The notes: generated by a model not told the origin, from the sequence alone. 64,000 nucleotides of DNA from Candidatus Doudnabacteria bacterium RIFCSPHIGHO2_02_FULL_42_25 (GCA_001777665.1 MFEQ01000006.1:24309-88308); one strand, 5' to 3'. Positions 1 through 9,718 are shown, numbered from the stretch's first letter. Made by a program: numbers and translations.

Positions 1-1380
1 CGAACCATCGGATAATATTTTAGATCGCAAATTTGCCTTCTGGTCTATTTCTAGATCAGTTTTAGTACCACCCAAATTCGAATTATTGATCGATAGATAA
101 TCATATTGGGTGGATAAAACCTTACCACTGAATCCTAGGTTCTCAATTATTTTCTGGGTTTCAGCTTCTTTGCTATAAACCATTATGTGTCTTTGGTCCA
201 AATTGTTTTGCATAATCTGCATAAAATTTAACCAAGTCTCGTTGGAAAATCCCGACAATCGATCTAACAAAATCGGTGCGAAATCAGCTAACATTTTCTT
301 TGGTTCATTTTCGACGACGTCATAATCTATAGAAGTTTTATACTGAACAATCTCTTGAAAATTTTCCGCGGTCAGTGTCACTCCATAGTCCTTCATTTCA
401 ATCGGACCGGTCAGTTCTAGTAAATTTTCAAATATTTTAGGTGTAAATGACATCACACCATCAGCTGTCTGCTCCCCTTTTTCATAAAAATCTAAAAGTT
501 TTCTGGCAGATGTCGGAAAATCTACGAACCAATTAGCATCCCGGATCCCCCAACGTTTGATGTCAGGTTGAAACGGACCAGGTGCTGCGACCAATTCATA
601 AATTTTTCCATCCAAATCGTAGATGCTATCAATCTTTAATTGCGCTATCGATCCATTTTCGGTTTTGAGTACTCCGTAAGTTCCGATAAAACCACCAGTG
701 GCGCGCTGCTCGTCGTAGTTCTGGAAAATCAAAAGATAAGTTTTGGCATTACCAAAAATATTCAAATACAGGCTCTCCAGCCCGATCAATTTATCTAAAA
801 CGCTACTTAGCTGACTGACCTGCTTTTTTGCTTGCGACAACGTATCTTCATAATCTAGTGGAATGCTGCCGACATCATCAAACGCAGTAGCAGATTTATC
901 CAGCAGATCTTTGGTTTCTTTAAACAACTGAATGTTCGAAATTAATTTTTGGTTTAAAAGAACAGTCTCTACTCCTTTGCTGCTAACCTTCAATTCATTC
1001 AGTAAATTCAAAGACTGGGTTAATTTCTCTCCGGCTTGAGCTAAATACTGCGCGCCTTCCAGTAAATGGTTCGCACTATTCGCTTCGGGGTGAACCCATG
1101 TCAAAGGTTTATATGCATCTAGTTTGTCTTGTGCGACTTGAACATTGTTTGAAGCGGATTCAAATAACTGTGCTGCTTCATCAAACTTTTCTTCGCTTAA
1201 ATTCCTGGTGGCATTATTCAATTCCTCGTAAGCCACAGTTGCGACTCCCAGAATTTCTCCGGAATCGGATTTTGCATTCGATAAATACAATCCACTTTGC
1301 AGAACGAAAACTAAACCTGCCGAAACCAAGGCAAAAAGCAGACCGCCAAAAATTTTCCCACGTTTTGAGAGCTTCGGCAT
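1..1380 (-). CDS. DUF4012-domain membrane-anchored protein (3' end outside window)
   Basis: Read by hand: ATG at 1380, N-terminal TM segment, motif TYLLIFQNYDEQRATGGFIGTYG typical of DUF4012; absent from ORF track because it runs off the edge. Confidence 0.75.
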   Translation of the reverse strand, partial: MPKLSKRGKIFGGLLFALVSAGLVFVLQSGLYLSNAKSDSGEILGVATVAYEELNNATRNLSEEKFDEAAQLFESASNNVQVAQDKLDAYKPLTWVHPEANSANHLLEGAQYLAQAGEKLTQSLNLLNELKVSSKGVETVLLNQKLISNIQLFKETKDLLDKSATAFDDVGSIPLDYEDTLSQAKKQVSQLSSVLDKLIGLESLYLNIFGNAKTYLLIFQNYDEQRATGGFIGTYGVLKTENGSIAQLKIDSIYDLDGKIYELVAAPGPFQPDIKRWGIRDANWFVDFPTSARKLLDFYEKGEQTADGVMSFTPKIFENLLELTGPIEMKDYGVTLTAENFQEIVQYKTSIDYDVVENEPKKMLADFAPILLDRLSGFSNETWLNFMQIMQNNLDQRHIMVYSKEAETQKIIENLGFSGKVLSTQYDYLSINNSNLGGTKTDLEIDQKANLRSKILSDGS

Positions 1381-1409
1381 GATTATAAAATTGTGTTTGG
1401 AAAATTGTT

Positions 1410-2525
1410 TCATTTTTCAACTACTCGCTGACGGGAAATATTCAGCAGTATCCCGACCGCTGCCAGACTGATAGCTAATGATGTCGAACCATAAGAAATA
1501 AAAATTAATGGAATTCCTGTCAAAGGAATGAGGGCGGTAATCCCTCCAATATTAATCACAGCCTGAATTATAATCCAAGCAGTAATTCCACCAGCAACTA
1601 ATTGACCAAACGTATCGGGTGCGGCTTTGGCAATTCTAAATCCTCGGTAAGCAATAAATAAATACAGAAATAGAATTAAACAAACTCTGATAAATCCCAG
1701 CTCTTCGGCAATAACTGCAAAAATCGAGTCACCTATAGTTTCTGGTAAATAGCTGTGTTTTTGTAATGATTGCCCAAATCCCTTCCCCCACCAGCCACCA
1801 CTCCCAATAGCCAATAATGCTTGATTGATTTGATAGGAAATTCCTTTGGCATCAACCGATGGATCCAAAAATGCTAAAAAGCGGTGCATTCGGTAAGGCG
1901 CGGCTTTGACCAGCAGCCAAAAAACTAAAAGGCCTGCACCAGCGGTGGCTGCTATATATCGAAGTCTCACGCCAGCAATAAAAAACATGACTGCCGAGAT
2001 CAGGGCCAAAACTAACATTGATCCGATATCAGGCTCCATAATAATTAATCCCGCCACAATCCCAGCAACGGCCAAGGTCGGTAAAAATCCATAGTACAAA
2101 TCATGAACATGGTGTTGTCGTTTATCATACCAACTTGCTAAATATAAAATAATGGCCAATTTTACAAATTCGGCTGGCTGAAAAAGAAATGCACCAAAGT
2201 TGATCCATCGTTTAGCTCCACCGACTTCAAAGCCGATACCCGGAATTAAAACTGCAATCAACATTCCTATCCCGGCTAGCACAAACAGCGGTGCAAATTT
2301 TTGTAAATTATGATAATCAAATTTAGAAAAAAAATATAAAAATATTAATCCGGGAATCGCGCCAAATAATAATTGCCGAACAAAGTAATAATAATTATTC
2401 TCAAACCTTTGATATGAAAGTACGCTCGAAGCCGAAAAAAGCATGATTAAACCAAAGCCCAGCATTATTAACACAGACCAAAATAAATATTTATCGACTG
2501 ATTGTTCAAAAGTTTGCTTTTTCAT
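1410..2525 (-). CDS. ftsW: SEDS family peptidoglycan polymerase FtsW
   Basis: GAKRWI, FQPAEFVK, LPETIGDSIFAVIAEELG, PLTGIPLIFISYG; next to murD/mraY. Confidence 0.9.
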   Translation of the reverse strand: MKKQTFEQSVDKYLFWSVLIMLGFGLIMLFSASSVLSYQRFENNYYYFVRQLLFGAIPGLIFLYFFSKFDYHNLQKFAPLFVLAGIGMLIAVLIPGIGFEVGGAKRWINFGAFLFQPAEFVKLAIILYLASWYDKRQHHVHDLYYGFLPTLAVAGIVAGLIIMEPDIGSMLVLALISAVMFFIAGVRLRYIAATAGAGLLVFWLLVKAAPYRMHRFLAFLDPSVDAKGISYQINQALLAIGSGGWWGKGFGQSLQKHSYLPETIGDSIFAVIAEELGFIRVCLILFLYLFIAYRGFRIAKAAPDTFGQLVAGGITAWIIIQAVINIGGITALIPLTGIPLIFISYGSTSLAISLAAVGILLNISRQRVVEK

Positions 2526-2668
2526 CCCAGTATATCAACTTCGATAATGGTTTTTGAGTTCGCTTTTGCGAACAAAACCAGTTTAAATATATTATTTTCA
2601 AAAATCATCGAGTTAAAGTTAATTAATCAAAAACCATTGGGCAAAAGCATCGAAGTTGTATTACTGGG
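2526..2668. repeat. 143-bp hairpin element (copy 1) filling the murD stop to ftsW start gap
   Basis: Imperfect terminal inverted repeats cccagtatatcaacttcgat / atcgaagttgtattactggg; near-identical to 52363-52505. Confidence 0.92.
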
Positions 2669-3970
2669 TCATAAACCATTAACCATCTTGATAAACTGCT
2701 CTCCGCGATCCTTATAATCTTTAAACATGTCGAAACTTGATGCTCCGGGAGAAAGTAAGACCAAATCCCCAGACACAGCCACGTTCTCTATTTGATCGAA
2801 AATTTCTTTCATATTCACAGCTCCCGTCAACAACTTGCCTTGAAACCCTTCTAACTGCTTGGTAATTTTTGACGCTTCCTCACCAATCACAATCACTGCC
2901 TTCACACTTGGAGATGTTTTTATGACGTTAGCTAAAACTTTGTACTGAAGTCCTTTGCTAGCACCTCCGACAATCAATATTTCTGATTGCGTAAAAGTTT
3001 TAATCGCCGCGATAGTGGATTCTTCATTCGTGCTGATTGAATCATCGACATATGTAATTCCATTTTTCACTGCAACGACGTTTAACCGGTGAGGTAACGG
3101 TTGAAATTCTGCCACAGATTTTCTTATCGATTCATCCGCAATTTTAAAAATTTTGGCGACTTCAATTGCGGCTGCAATATTGTCCCAATTGTGACTTCCT
3201 AAAAGCTTAGTCTGGTAATTTGATGCCGAATTTGGATCTATGAAAACCTTTTGACCTAATCCCAGTTTTTGGAACCATTCGGGAAGACTTTTATGAATTA
3301 CCGCGTAATCATCCTGCTTTTGATGAGCTATAATGTTCGACTTCGCTCGGAGGTACTCTTCCAAATTTTTATGATGATTTAAATGATCCGGTGAAATCGA
3401 TAACACAACCGCAATGTGCGGGGATTGTTCTAAATCTTGTAACTGAAAACTAGATAATTCTAAGACCACCAAGTCATCGGATTGAATTTGTTCAAGAAAT
3501 TCAAAAGGATCTTGGCCGATATTCCCAGCAACCCAAACCCGCCCGCCACGCAAGACAGCCCCGCCTGCAACGCGAGCTTGCGAGCGGGCAGGTTGCTGGC
3601 GTTGCGGGCTGGCTTTTTTACTACCGGTGGATAGCATTTCTGCAATCAAAACTGTTGTAGTCCCTTTTCCTTTCGTTCCGGTCACACCAATGATTGGAGC
3701 TGGACAAAGCTCAAAAAAAAGTTTCGTCTGACTGGAAATTTCGACTCCAGCTTCTTTCGCTTTCTGTATTGATTTTGACAGATACGGCAGTCCGGGTGTG
3801 CGAAAAATTATGTCGAACTTTGTCAGTTGATCGATTAGCTCGGCTTCCGATTTCCAATCATGGACAATCGTAAAACTAAGTTCGTTTTTGTTAAAAAAAT
3901 CGGCTAATTTTTGATTGTTGGTACCATAGCCGATGATGCCAATTTTTTTTCCTGTTAACTTCGAAAACAT
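2669..3970 (-). CDS. murD: UDP-N-acetylmuramoyl-L-alanine--D-glutamate ligase
   Basis: GVTGTKGKGTT, AGNIG, LELSSFQL, PDHLNHH, LLSPGASSFDMF. Confidence 0.93.
   Translation of the reverse strand: MFSKLTGKKIGIIGYGTNNQKLADFFNKNELSFTIVHDWKSEAELIDQLTKFDIIFRTPGLPYLSKSIQKAKEAGVEISSQTKLFFELCPAPIIGVTGTKGKGTTTVLIAEMLSTGSKKASPQRQQPARSQARVAGGAVLRGGRVWVAGNIGQDPFEFLEQIQSDDLVVLELSSFQLQDLEQSPHIAVVLSISPDHLNHHKNLEEYLRAKSNIIAHQKQDDYAVIHKSLPEWFQKLGLGQKVFIDPNSASNYQTKLLGSHNWDNIAAAIEVAKIFKIADESIRKSVAEFQPLPHRLNVVAVKNGITYVDDSISTNEESTIAAIKTFTQSEILIVGGASKGLQYKVLANVIKTSPSVKAVIVIGEEASKITKQLEGFQGKLLTGAVNMKEIFDQIENVAVSGDLVLLSPGASSFDMFKDYKDRGEQFIKMVNGL
3538..3612. repeat. GC-rich nested palindromic element inserted in frame in murD
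   Basis: cccgcccgccacgc...gcgttgcgggctgg with an internal inverted copy; related to 33858-33893. Confidence 0.75.
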
Positions 3971-5526
3971 TATCGTTTTATAACCATGCCATTAAGGCCA
4001 ACGACTTCTTGGTTTGTATAAGATAATTTTCCGTTGACAATAACTCCATCGATCCCGACTGAAACCAAACTGGCATTTTTATAATCAGCTTTATCAGTTA
4101 TGGTTTTGGGGTCGAAAATTACCACATCAGCGAGTTTATCTTTGGCTAATTGTCCTAAGTTGGGAAGTCCAAGAAGTTTTGCTGGCTCTGAAGTAATTTT
4201 CATAATCGCTTGTTCCCATTTGAGCAGCTTATTTTCTCGAATCATTCGTAAAAATCTGGGCATGGTCCCGAAACATCGTGGGTGAATCAAATGTGGATGT
4301 TCTGTCGAGTGCCCAGCGCCATCAGTCGCGATCATAGACAGGGGGGATGCGCAGAGTAATTCTACGTGCTCATTTGATAGATTATGATCAAAAACCATAA
4401 CTTGAGCTCCACCAGCCAACAAAACATTCAACGTCGCTTCTTCAGCGCTGACTGATTGATTATCTCCAATTTGCTTCAAACTTTTCCCCACAAAGTTTGG
4501 GGCAGACGAAGCCTCCGAAACAATAACCTTATCAAAGTCATATTCTTGGGCTTTCAGATAATCCCAAATTTTTCGTCTGGTCACTGGATCACCGATCATT
4601 TTTAGAATCTGGTCGCGGCCACCTTCGTAAGTCCATTTCGGTAAATACGTATAAAGCACTGACCATGAAGTGTCATACGGATAGACATCAAATGAAATGT
4701 TAATACCTTGATGGTAAGCAATTTCTAACTTGGTCATCAGGCGTTCAAACAATGGCCAATTTTTCTTACCGCGAACTTTTAAATGGGAAATTTTTATAGG
4801 CACAGAAGCGATCAAGGCCAAATCTATAACTTCATCGAGGCTTTCCAGAATATGGGAATCTTCGGACCGCAAATGAACACTTAAATATTTCTGTTTTGGA
4901 TTAAGAACGGTAGCCAGTGTCCTTAACTCTTGTTCTGAAGAATTAACTTCGTGCGCGTAAACCAATCCCATAGACATTCCAAACGCTCCTTGATCGAGAG
5001 CATTTGTTAAAATGTTCTTCATTATTTTGATTTCGTCATCAGAAACCGGCCGGGTCGAATCACCCAAAATTCCTCGCCTGATCGTAGAGTGGCCTACTAA
5101 AGTTCCGACATTGACTCCATGCGGCACATTGCCGAGGTATTGCAAAAATTCTGCCATGGTCATCCAGTCAACATTCACCCCACTCAAATTATGCCACTTT
5201 TGTATAGACTTAATAGATTCTTTTGAAAGCAGTGGCGCTAATGATGCTCCGCAATTCCCCATGACGATGGTCGTGATTCCTTGCGAAAGCAAACTAAACT
5301 GACTAGGCTGATCCAAAATAGTCCAGTAAGAATCTGAGTGGTTTTGGATATCGATAAATCCTGGACTAACGATTCGATCACTGGCATCGATGGTTTGTAA
5401 AGACTTGGCTTTAATTACCGACTCAATCGCCGTGATTTTGCCATCCTGGATTGCAATATCAGCTTTATTTGCTGGTTTCCCCATCCCATCAATTACAGTC
5501 CCATTTTTTATGAGAATGTCGAGCAT
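3970..5526 (-). CDS. N-acyl-D-amino-acid deacylase family amidohydrolase
   Basis: PGFIDIQNHSD, QGITTIVMGNCGAS, HLRSE, ISHLK, HPRCFGTMPR. Confidence 0.85.
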   Translation of the reverse strand: MLDILIKNGTVIDGMGKPANKADIAIQDGKITAIESVIKAKSLQTIDASDRIVSPGFIDIQNHSDSYWTILDQPSQFSLLSQGITTIVMGNCGASLAPLLSKESIKSIQKWHNLSGVNVDWMTMAEFLQYLGNVPHGVNVGTLVGHSTIRRGILGDSTRPVSDDEIKIMKNILTNALDQGAFGMSMGLVYAHEVNSSEQELRTLATVLNPKQKYLSVHLRSEDSHILESLDEVIDLALIASVPIKISHLKVRGKKNWPLFERLMTKLEIAYHQGINISFDVYPYDTSWSVLYTYLPKWTYEGGRDQILKMIGDPVTRRKIWDYLKAQEYDFDKVIVSEASSAPNFVGKSLKQIGDNQSVSAEEATLNVLLAGGAQVMVFDHNLSNEHVELLCASPLSMIATDGAGHSTEHPHLIHPRCFGTMPRFLRMIRENKLLKWEQAIMKITSEPAKLLGLPNLGQLAKDKLADVVIFDPKTITDKADYKNASLVSVGIDGVIVNGKLSYTNQEVVGLNGMVIKR

Positions 5527-6572
5527 TATCGTCCTATCAAGTTAACTGCAACTCCTACGATTGCGAACACCACGGAGACTACCCAGAGTCGCATCGTGAC
5601 TTTTGTTTCTGGCCAGCCCTTAGCTTCGAAATGGTGATGTAGTGGTGAAGATAAAAATAATTTTCGACCTGTCGTGTGGCGCCACGTCCACTGCAAAAGA
5701 GTGGATATGGATTCCAAAACTAAAACAAATCCGATCAAAGGTAGAACAATGACGGAATTAGTCAAAAACGCAATTACTGCCAGTACTGTCCCGAGTGACA
5801 TCGAACCCGTATCACCCATAAAAAACCTGGCTGGGAAAATGTTAAACCACAGAAATGCTAACAAAGCGCCACCAATGACTCCAGCCAGTGCGGCTAACTC
5901 GAAACGTCCTTGTAAAAATGCGATCAATCCGTACGACAAAAAAGCGACAGCTAAGACTCCACCTGCCAATCCATCTAACCCGTCAGTTTGGTTAACTGAA
6001 AAACTCGTTGCAATCACGACAAAAATAAACAATGGCACAATCCAGGCACCAATCACTAAATCACCAACTCCTGGAATATGTAAAATATCGAATTGAAGTT
6101 TATAGTAAAACCAGTAAGCCCCGATGATGGCAATCAGCGTATAAAACAGTAATCGGTGACGCATTCGGAGTCCCCCGCCCTTCCCACCTCCCGCTCCTTT
6201 TATTCCCAAATAATCATCTAGGAGTCCCAGAACCGCAGCCGCACCTAATACTCCCAAAGGCAGTAAGGTTTGCTGCCTCGTCAAAAAATTCAGTTTGTGA
6301 AATAGTTCAAAACCTAAAACTCGATCCAAAAACCAAAAAATTGCAGCCAGAGCTAGCGTTGTAAACCAAATCAAAACACCGCCCATGGTTGGCGTGCCAT
6401 TTTTCTTCTCGTGAAGCTTGGTATAAAACGGAGTGTCGCCTTCGGCTCGAATTTTTTTCCCAAATTTGTGTTTGTAGACAAAATTAGTAAAAATTGGCGT
6501 CAAACTGATCGCCACCGCGAAGCTAATTGCAGCAAGTGAAAATATTTTTATTAAAGCGTCCGCCGATGTCAT
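5526..6572 (-). CDS. mraY: Phospho-N-acetylmuramoyl-pentapeptide transferase
   Basis: KKNGTPTMGG, NQTDGLDGL, FMGDTGS, PLHHHFE. Confidence 0.95.
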   Translation of the reverse strand: MTSADALIKIFSLAAISFAVAISLTPIFTNFVYKHKFGKKIRAEGDTPFYTKLHEKKNGTPTMGGVLIWFTTLALAAIFWFLDRVLGFELFHKLNFLTRQQTLLPLGVLGAAAVLGLLDDYLGIKGAGGGKGGGLRMRHRLLFYTLIAIIGAYWFYYKLQFDILHIPGVGDLVIGAWIVPLFIFVVIATSFSVNQTDGLDGLAGGVLAVAFLSYGLIAFLQGRFELAALAGVIGGALLAFLWFNIFPARFFMGDTGSMSLGTVLAVIAFLTNSVIVLPLIGFVLVLESISTLLQWTWRHTTGRKLFLSSPLHHHFEAKGWPETKVTMRLWVVSVVFAIVGVAVNLIGR

Positions 6573-6609
6573 TTTATTTGGGTTTCTGAATTGAAATTAG
6601 GACCTTCAT

Positions 6610-6707
6610 CCCGTTAGAAGTTGATGTCTTAAAAAGCATTGCAGCCTAAAAATATAAAAATATAAATTTTCAGAATACAATAACGATTTTTCTGTACTTC
6701 TAACGGG
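6610..6707. repeat. 98-bp element with cccgttagaa/ttctaacggg terminal inverted repeats
   Basis: TIR seen directly; ATGAA on both sides on the minus strand; same ends as 48649-48747. Confidence 0.85.
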
Positions 6708-6753
6708 ATTCATGGTCCTAATTATACCACAAATGCCTTGTTATTGCCAACCT

Positions 6754-7665
6754 TTACCAACGATAAACCGTAAACACCCAATCTAATAGCTTCCGCGAAT
6801 CGTCTTCTCTGTTTTCACTATTCAAAATAATCGTCAGAACATAAGTACCATCGCGATTATACAGCGTGATCAGATTACCTAATGCTTTGGAAGTAAATCC
6901 GGTTTTTAATCCTTCCACGTGTTCGTCATCCAGAAGTAACTGATTCGTCGATTTAAGCCGATGAATATATTTGTTATCAACTGAAGCCACTGCAGTTTCT
7001 TTTATCTTAACAACTTCCAAAAGTTCTTCATGCTTTATAAACTCTTGAACAATTTTCAGCAAATCCAAAGAATTAGAAAAATTTTCTTGTTCTGCCCACA
7101 AATCCCAACCAGCGGGATTTGAAAAATTGGTTGCCACCAAATTTAATTCCTTGGCTTTCGTATTCATCAATTCCGCGAATTTTTCTGGCGAGCCGCTGAC
7201 AAAAGAAGCCAATGCCAAGGCCGCATCGTTACCAGATGGAATCAGCATTCCTTTCAAAAGGTCCGAAACTCTGATCTTTTCGCCTTCGACTAATCCTACG
7301 GTATTGCCAATCCCCAATAAATCCTCTTTTCTCACAGTGACTACGGCGTTTAGATCAACTCGCTCCATCACCACAACTGCGGTTATTAATTTAGTCAGAC
7401 TCGCGATAGGTAATTTCTGGTCTAAATTTTTCGAATAAAGAACAGTCCCGGAATTTAGATCATAAGCTACCGCTGATTTAGCGGTTAGAGTGGGTGCACT
7501 TAATGTAAGCGCTATTTCAGGGGCTGCATGCTCTGGTTTAGCTGATGCGGTTTGCAGGGCTACCCCAGAAAGAGCAGGCTTATGGGTGGTGTCTCTGGCC
7601 GTATGCGGAAAAAAGATAAAGGCAATCCCTATTCCGAGAATGACATAAACAATCTTGTGGAGCAT
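6754..7665 (-). CDS. D-alanyl-D-alanine carboxypeptidase (peptidase S11)
   Basis: ASLTK (SxxK), SGN, KTG motifs. Confidence 0.9.
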   Translation of the reverse strand: MLHKIVYVILGIGIAFIFFPHTARDTTHKPALSGVALQTASAKPEHAAPEIALTLSAPTLTAKSAVAYDLNSGTVLYSKNLDQKLPIASLTKLITAVVVMERVDLNAVVTVRKEDLLGIGNTVGLVEGEKIRVSDLLKGMLIPSGNDAALALASFVSGSPEKFAELMNTKAKELNLVATNFSNPAGWDLWAEQENFSNSLDLLKIVQEFIKHEELLEVVKIKETAVASVDNKYIHRLKSTNQLLLDDEHVEGLKTGFTSKALGNLITLYNRDGTYVLTIILNSENREDDSRKLLDWVFTVYRW

Positions 7666-7742
7666 TTAAGGAAATTACTTGCCTTTATTTTAACATATTT
7701 AGTATAATAACCAAGCGCATTAACGGCGGAGGAAAGAAAAAT

Positions 7743-8066
7743 ATGGAATTAACACTCACAGACGCAAACTTTGAAGCAGAAGTTTTGAAATCAGACAAGC
7801 CCGTACTCGTAGATTTTTGGGCGGAATGGTGCGGTCCATGTAAAATGGTCTCCCCTGCAGTCACACAGCTGGCCGAAGAACTTAAAGACCACATGAAGGT
7901 GGGCAAATTAAACGTGGACGAAAATCCTCAAACCACGCAGAACTATCAAATATTCAGCATCCCGTCATTGAAGATTTATAAGGGTGGAAAAATTATCGGA
8001 GAAATGGTTGGTGCTGCCCCTAAATCAATGATCGAAAAAACTATTCGCGGAATACTCGGAATCTAA
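7743..8066 (+). CDS. trxA: Thioredoxin
   Basis: DFWAEWCGPC. Confidence 0.95.
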   Translation: MELTLTDANFEAEVLKSDKPVLVDFWAEWCGPCKMVSPAVTQLAEELKDHMKVGKLNVDENPQTTQNYQIFSIPSLKIYKGGKIIGEMVGAAPKSMIEKTIRGILGI

Positions 8067-8076
8067 ACATGAATAC

Positions 8077-8104
8077 AAAAAAGCCCCCAATTGGGGGCTT
8101 TTTT
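8077..8104. terminator. Bidirectional intrinsic terminator
   Basis: aaaaaagccccc aatt gggggctttttt between convergent genes. Confidence 0.8.
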
Positions 8105-8118
8105 AGTTATTAATTGTA

Positions 8119-8385
8119 TTACATTCTTCCCTTTAAGGGGCTACGGAACCCTCGGACAATCCAAAGCAGAATTACAGCACCGAGGATCGCGACCAAAAAA
8201 CTCGACAGATTAAATCCGGTGATATCAGGACCTCCAAATAACGTCACGACCCATCCTCCGAGCAATGCCCCTAGAATTCCCACGATGATATTTGAGCCAA
8301 TTCCCATTTCAGCATCAGTTTTCATGATGATGCTAGCAGCCCAACCAACTATAGCTCCGAACACGATCCATAAGATTATATTCAT
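8119..8385 (-). CDS. GlsB/YeaQ/YmgE (transglycosylase-associated) membrane protein
   Basis: MNIILWIVFGAIVGWAASIIM...NIIVGILGALLGG; SD aaaggag before ATG 8385. Confidence 0.85.
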   Translation of the reverse strand: MNIILWIVFGAIVGWAASIIMKTDAEMGIGSNIIVGILGALLGGWVVTLFGGPDITGFNLSSFLVAILGAVILLWIVRGFRSPLKGRM

Positions 8386-8498
8386 ATATTTCTCCTTTCT
8401 TCCTAAAATTCTAGCAATAATCCACTTAATCTCAACTGGATGATCTGACAAAAAAACCGCCCTATTTGGAGCGGTTTTTTTGTTAATTGACATGGGGC

Positions 8499-8996
8499 TT
8501 ATGTATGCCGATCGGCAATAGACGAAGCGCCATATGAATCGGGCTTGGTTTTTACAGCAAATCCATTTCCTTTAATCATCCCCACTATTTCATGTAACAT
8601 TTTTTTAGTTTCGCCGTTGGGACCAACATCGACGTGAATCGTCAAATTAAAATCTGAAATATTTTTTTCTTTCAAACGTTCAATTAACTGCTCGGCCAAT
8701 CTTAGTGAAAATAATGCTTCCTGAAATATTCGCTGGCGCAGCGTGTGGAGACTTGTTTCGTGGCGTTTGGACCAGAAATATATTCCACCACGACTTTTAC
8801 GATGCACGACTATAGCTGATACGAATTCAGCTTCGATACCAGTAGGCATAGAATCCGTGCCGATAATCAGTTCGTATTCCAAGCCCGGCTCATTTCCGAC
8901 ATATTCTAAAAGTTTTTCCAAAACTTGGTCAAAATCTAATTGACCATGAGTCGGGCTTCGAAAATCGTTAAAATGTAGGGAATTCATTTTATTCAT
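8499..8996 (-). CDS. RNase H-like YkuK/DUF458 family protein
   Basis: IIGTDS, IHVDVG, KPDSYGASSIADRH. Confidence 0.8.
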   Translation of the reverse strand: MNKMNSLHFNDFRSPTHGQLDFDQVLEKLLEYVGNEPGLEYELIIGTDSMPTGIEAEFVSAIVVHRKSRGGIYFWSKRHETSLHTLRQRIFQEALFSLRLAEQLIERLKEKNISDFNLTIHVDVGPNGETKKMLHEIVGMIKGNGFAVKTKPDSYGASSIADRHT

Positions 8997-8999
8997 CTG

Positions 9000-9707
9000 T
9001 TATATTTTGCCTGACAAATAGTTTTTTTGCAATCCCTTCGGGAATTTCTCGATGGCATAACGGAGTGCGGTTCGGGGCATCTTTTTGTAATACTTTCTTA
9101 AAAATTTTTCCTCCGCTCTTTGATCACGATTCCCAACTTCGCGCAACATCCACCCAACTGCTTTGTGAATTAAATCATGCTGATCATTTAACAATATTTT
9201 GGCAATTTTGAACGCTTCATCAAATTGCTTCTCATAAATAAACCGGTGCGTCGCAATCATTGCAATTCGACGATCCCACAAAAGTTTGGATTTAGCTAAT
9301 TTAGTCAATAAACCCTTTGGTCGCTGCAGCAAATATCCACCCACAATATAACCGGCAGAAGTGTCCACCAGATCCCAATTATTAACCCTGGTTGTATTCT
9401 TGATATAAAAATCAAAAATCCGTTTCCTCGCATTTTCACCCGCTTTATTAAATTGAGTAACCAGAATAATCAATGCAACCAAGCGATGCTCGTGAATTTT
9501 ACTATTCAATAAAACTTGCAGATCTTTCAAACTTAAATCTAGATATTTCTTCGCGATTACACGCTGGACTGGTACTCTTATTCCCAAAAATACGTCGCCA
9601 TGACCATAACTCCCTTTTTCAGTCTTAAAAAACCACATACTAGCCTTTGCTCGCCGTGGACTCCCCGCTTTGTTTAATTCATTTTTTAGCTTTTTTAATT
9701 TATTCAT
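9000..9707 (-). CDS. DNA alkylation repair protein (AlkD-like)
   Basis: VNNWDLVD, HDLIHKAVGWMLREVG, MPRTALRYAIE. Confidence 0.9.
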   Translation of the reverse strand: MNKLKKLKNELNKAGSPRRAKASMWFFKTEKGSYGHGDVFLGIRVPVQRVIAKKYLDLSLKDLQVLLNSKIHEHRLVALIILVTQFNKAGENARKRIFDFYIKNTTRVNNWDLVDTSAGYIVGGYLLQRPKGLLTKLAKSKLLWDRRIAMIATHRFIYEKQFDEAFKIAKILLNDQHDLIHKAVGWMLREVGNRDQRAEEKFLRKYYKKMPRTALRYAIEKFPKGLQKNYLSGKI

Positions 9708-9718
9708 ACGGAGTAAAA

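Noticed and set aside
2502-2717. Plus-strand ORFs 2502-2717 and 52384-52893 sharing the peptide MVFEFAFANKTSLN
   Set aside because: The similarity comes from the 143-bp repeat; both ORFs overlap real minus-strand genes.
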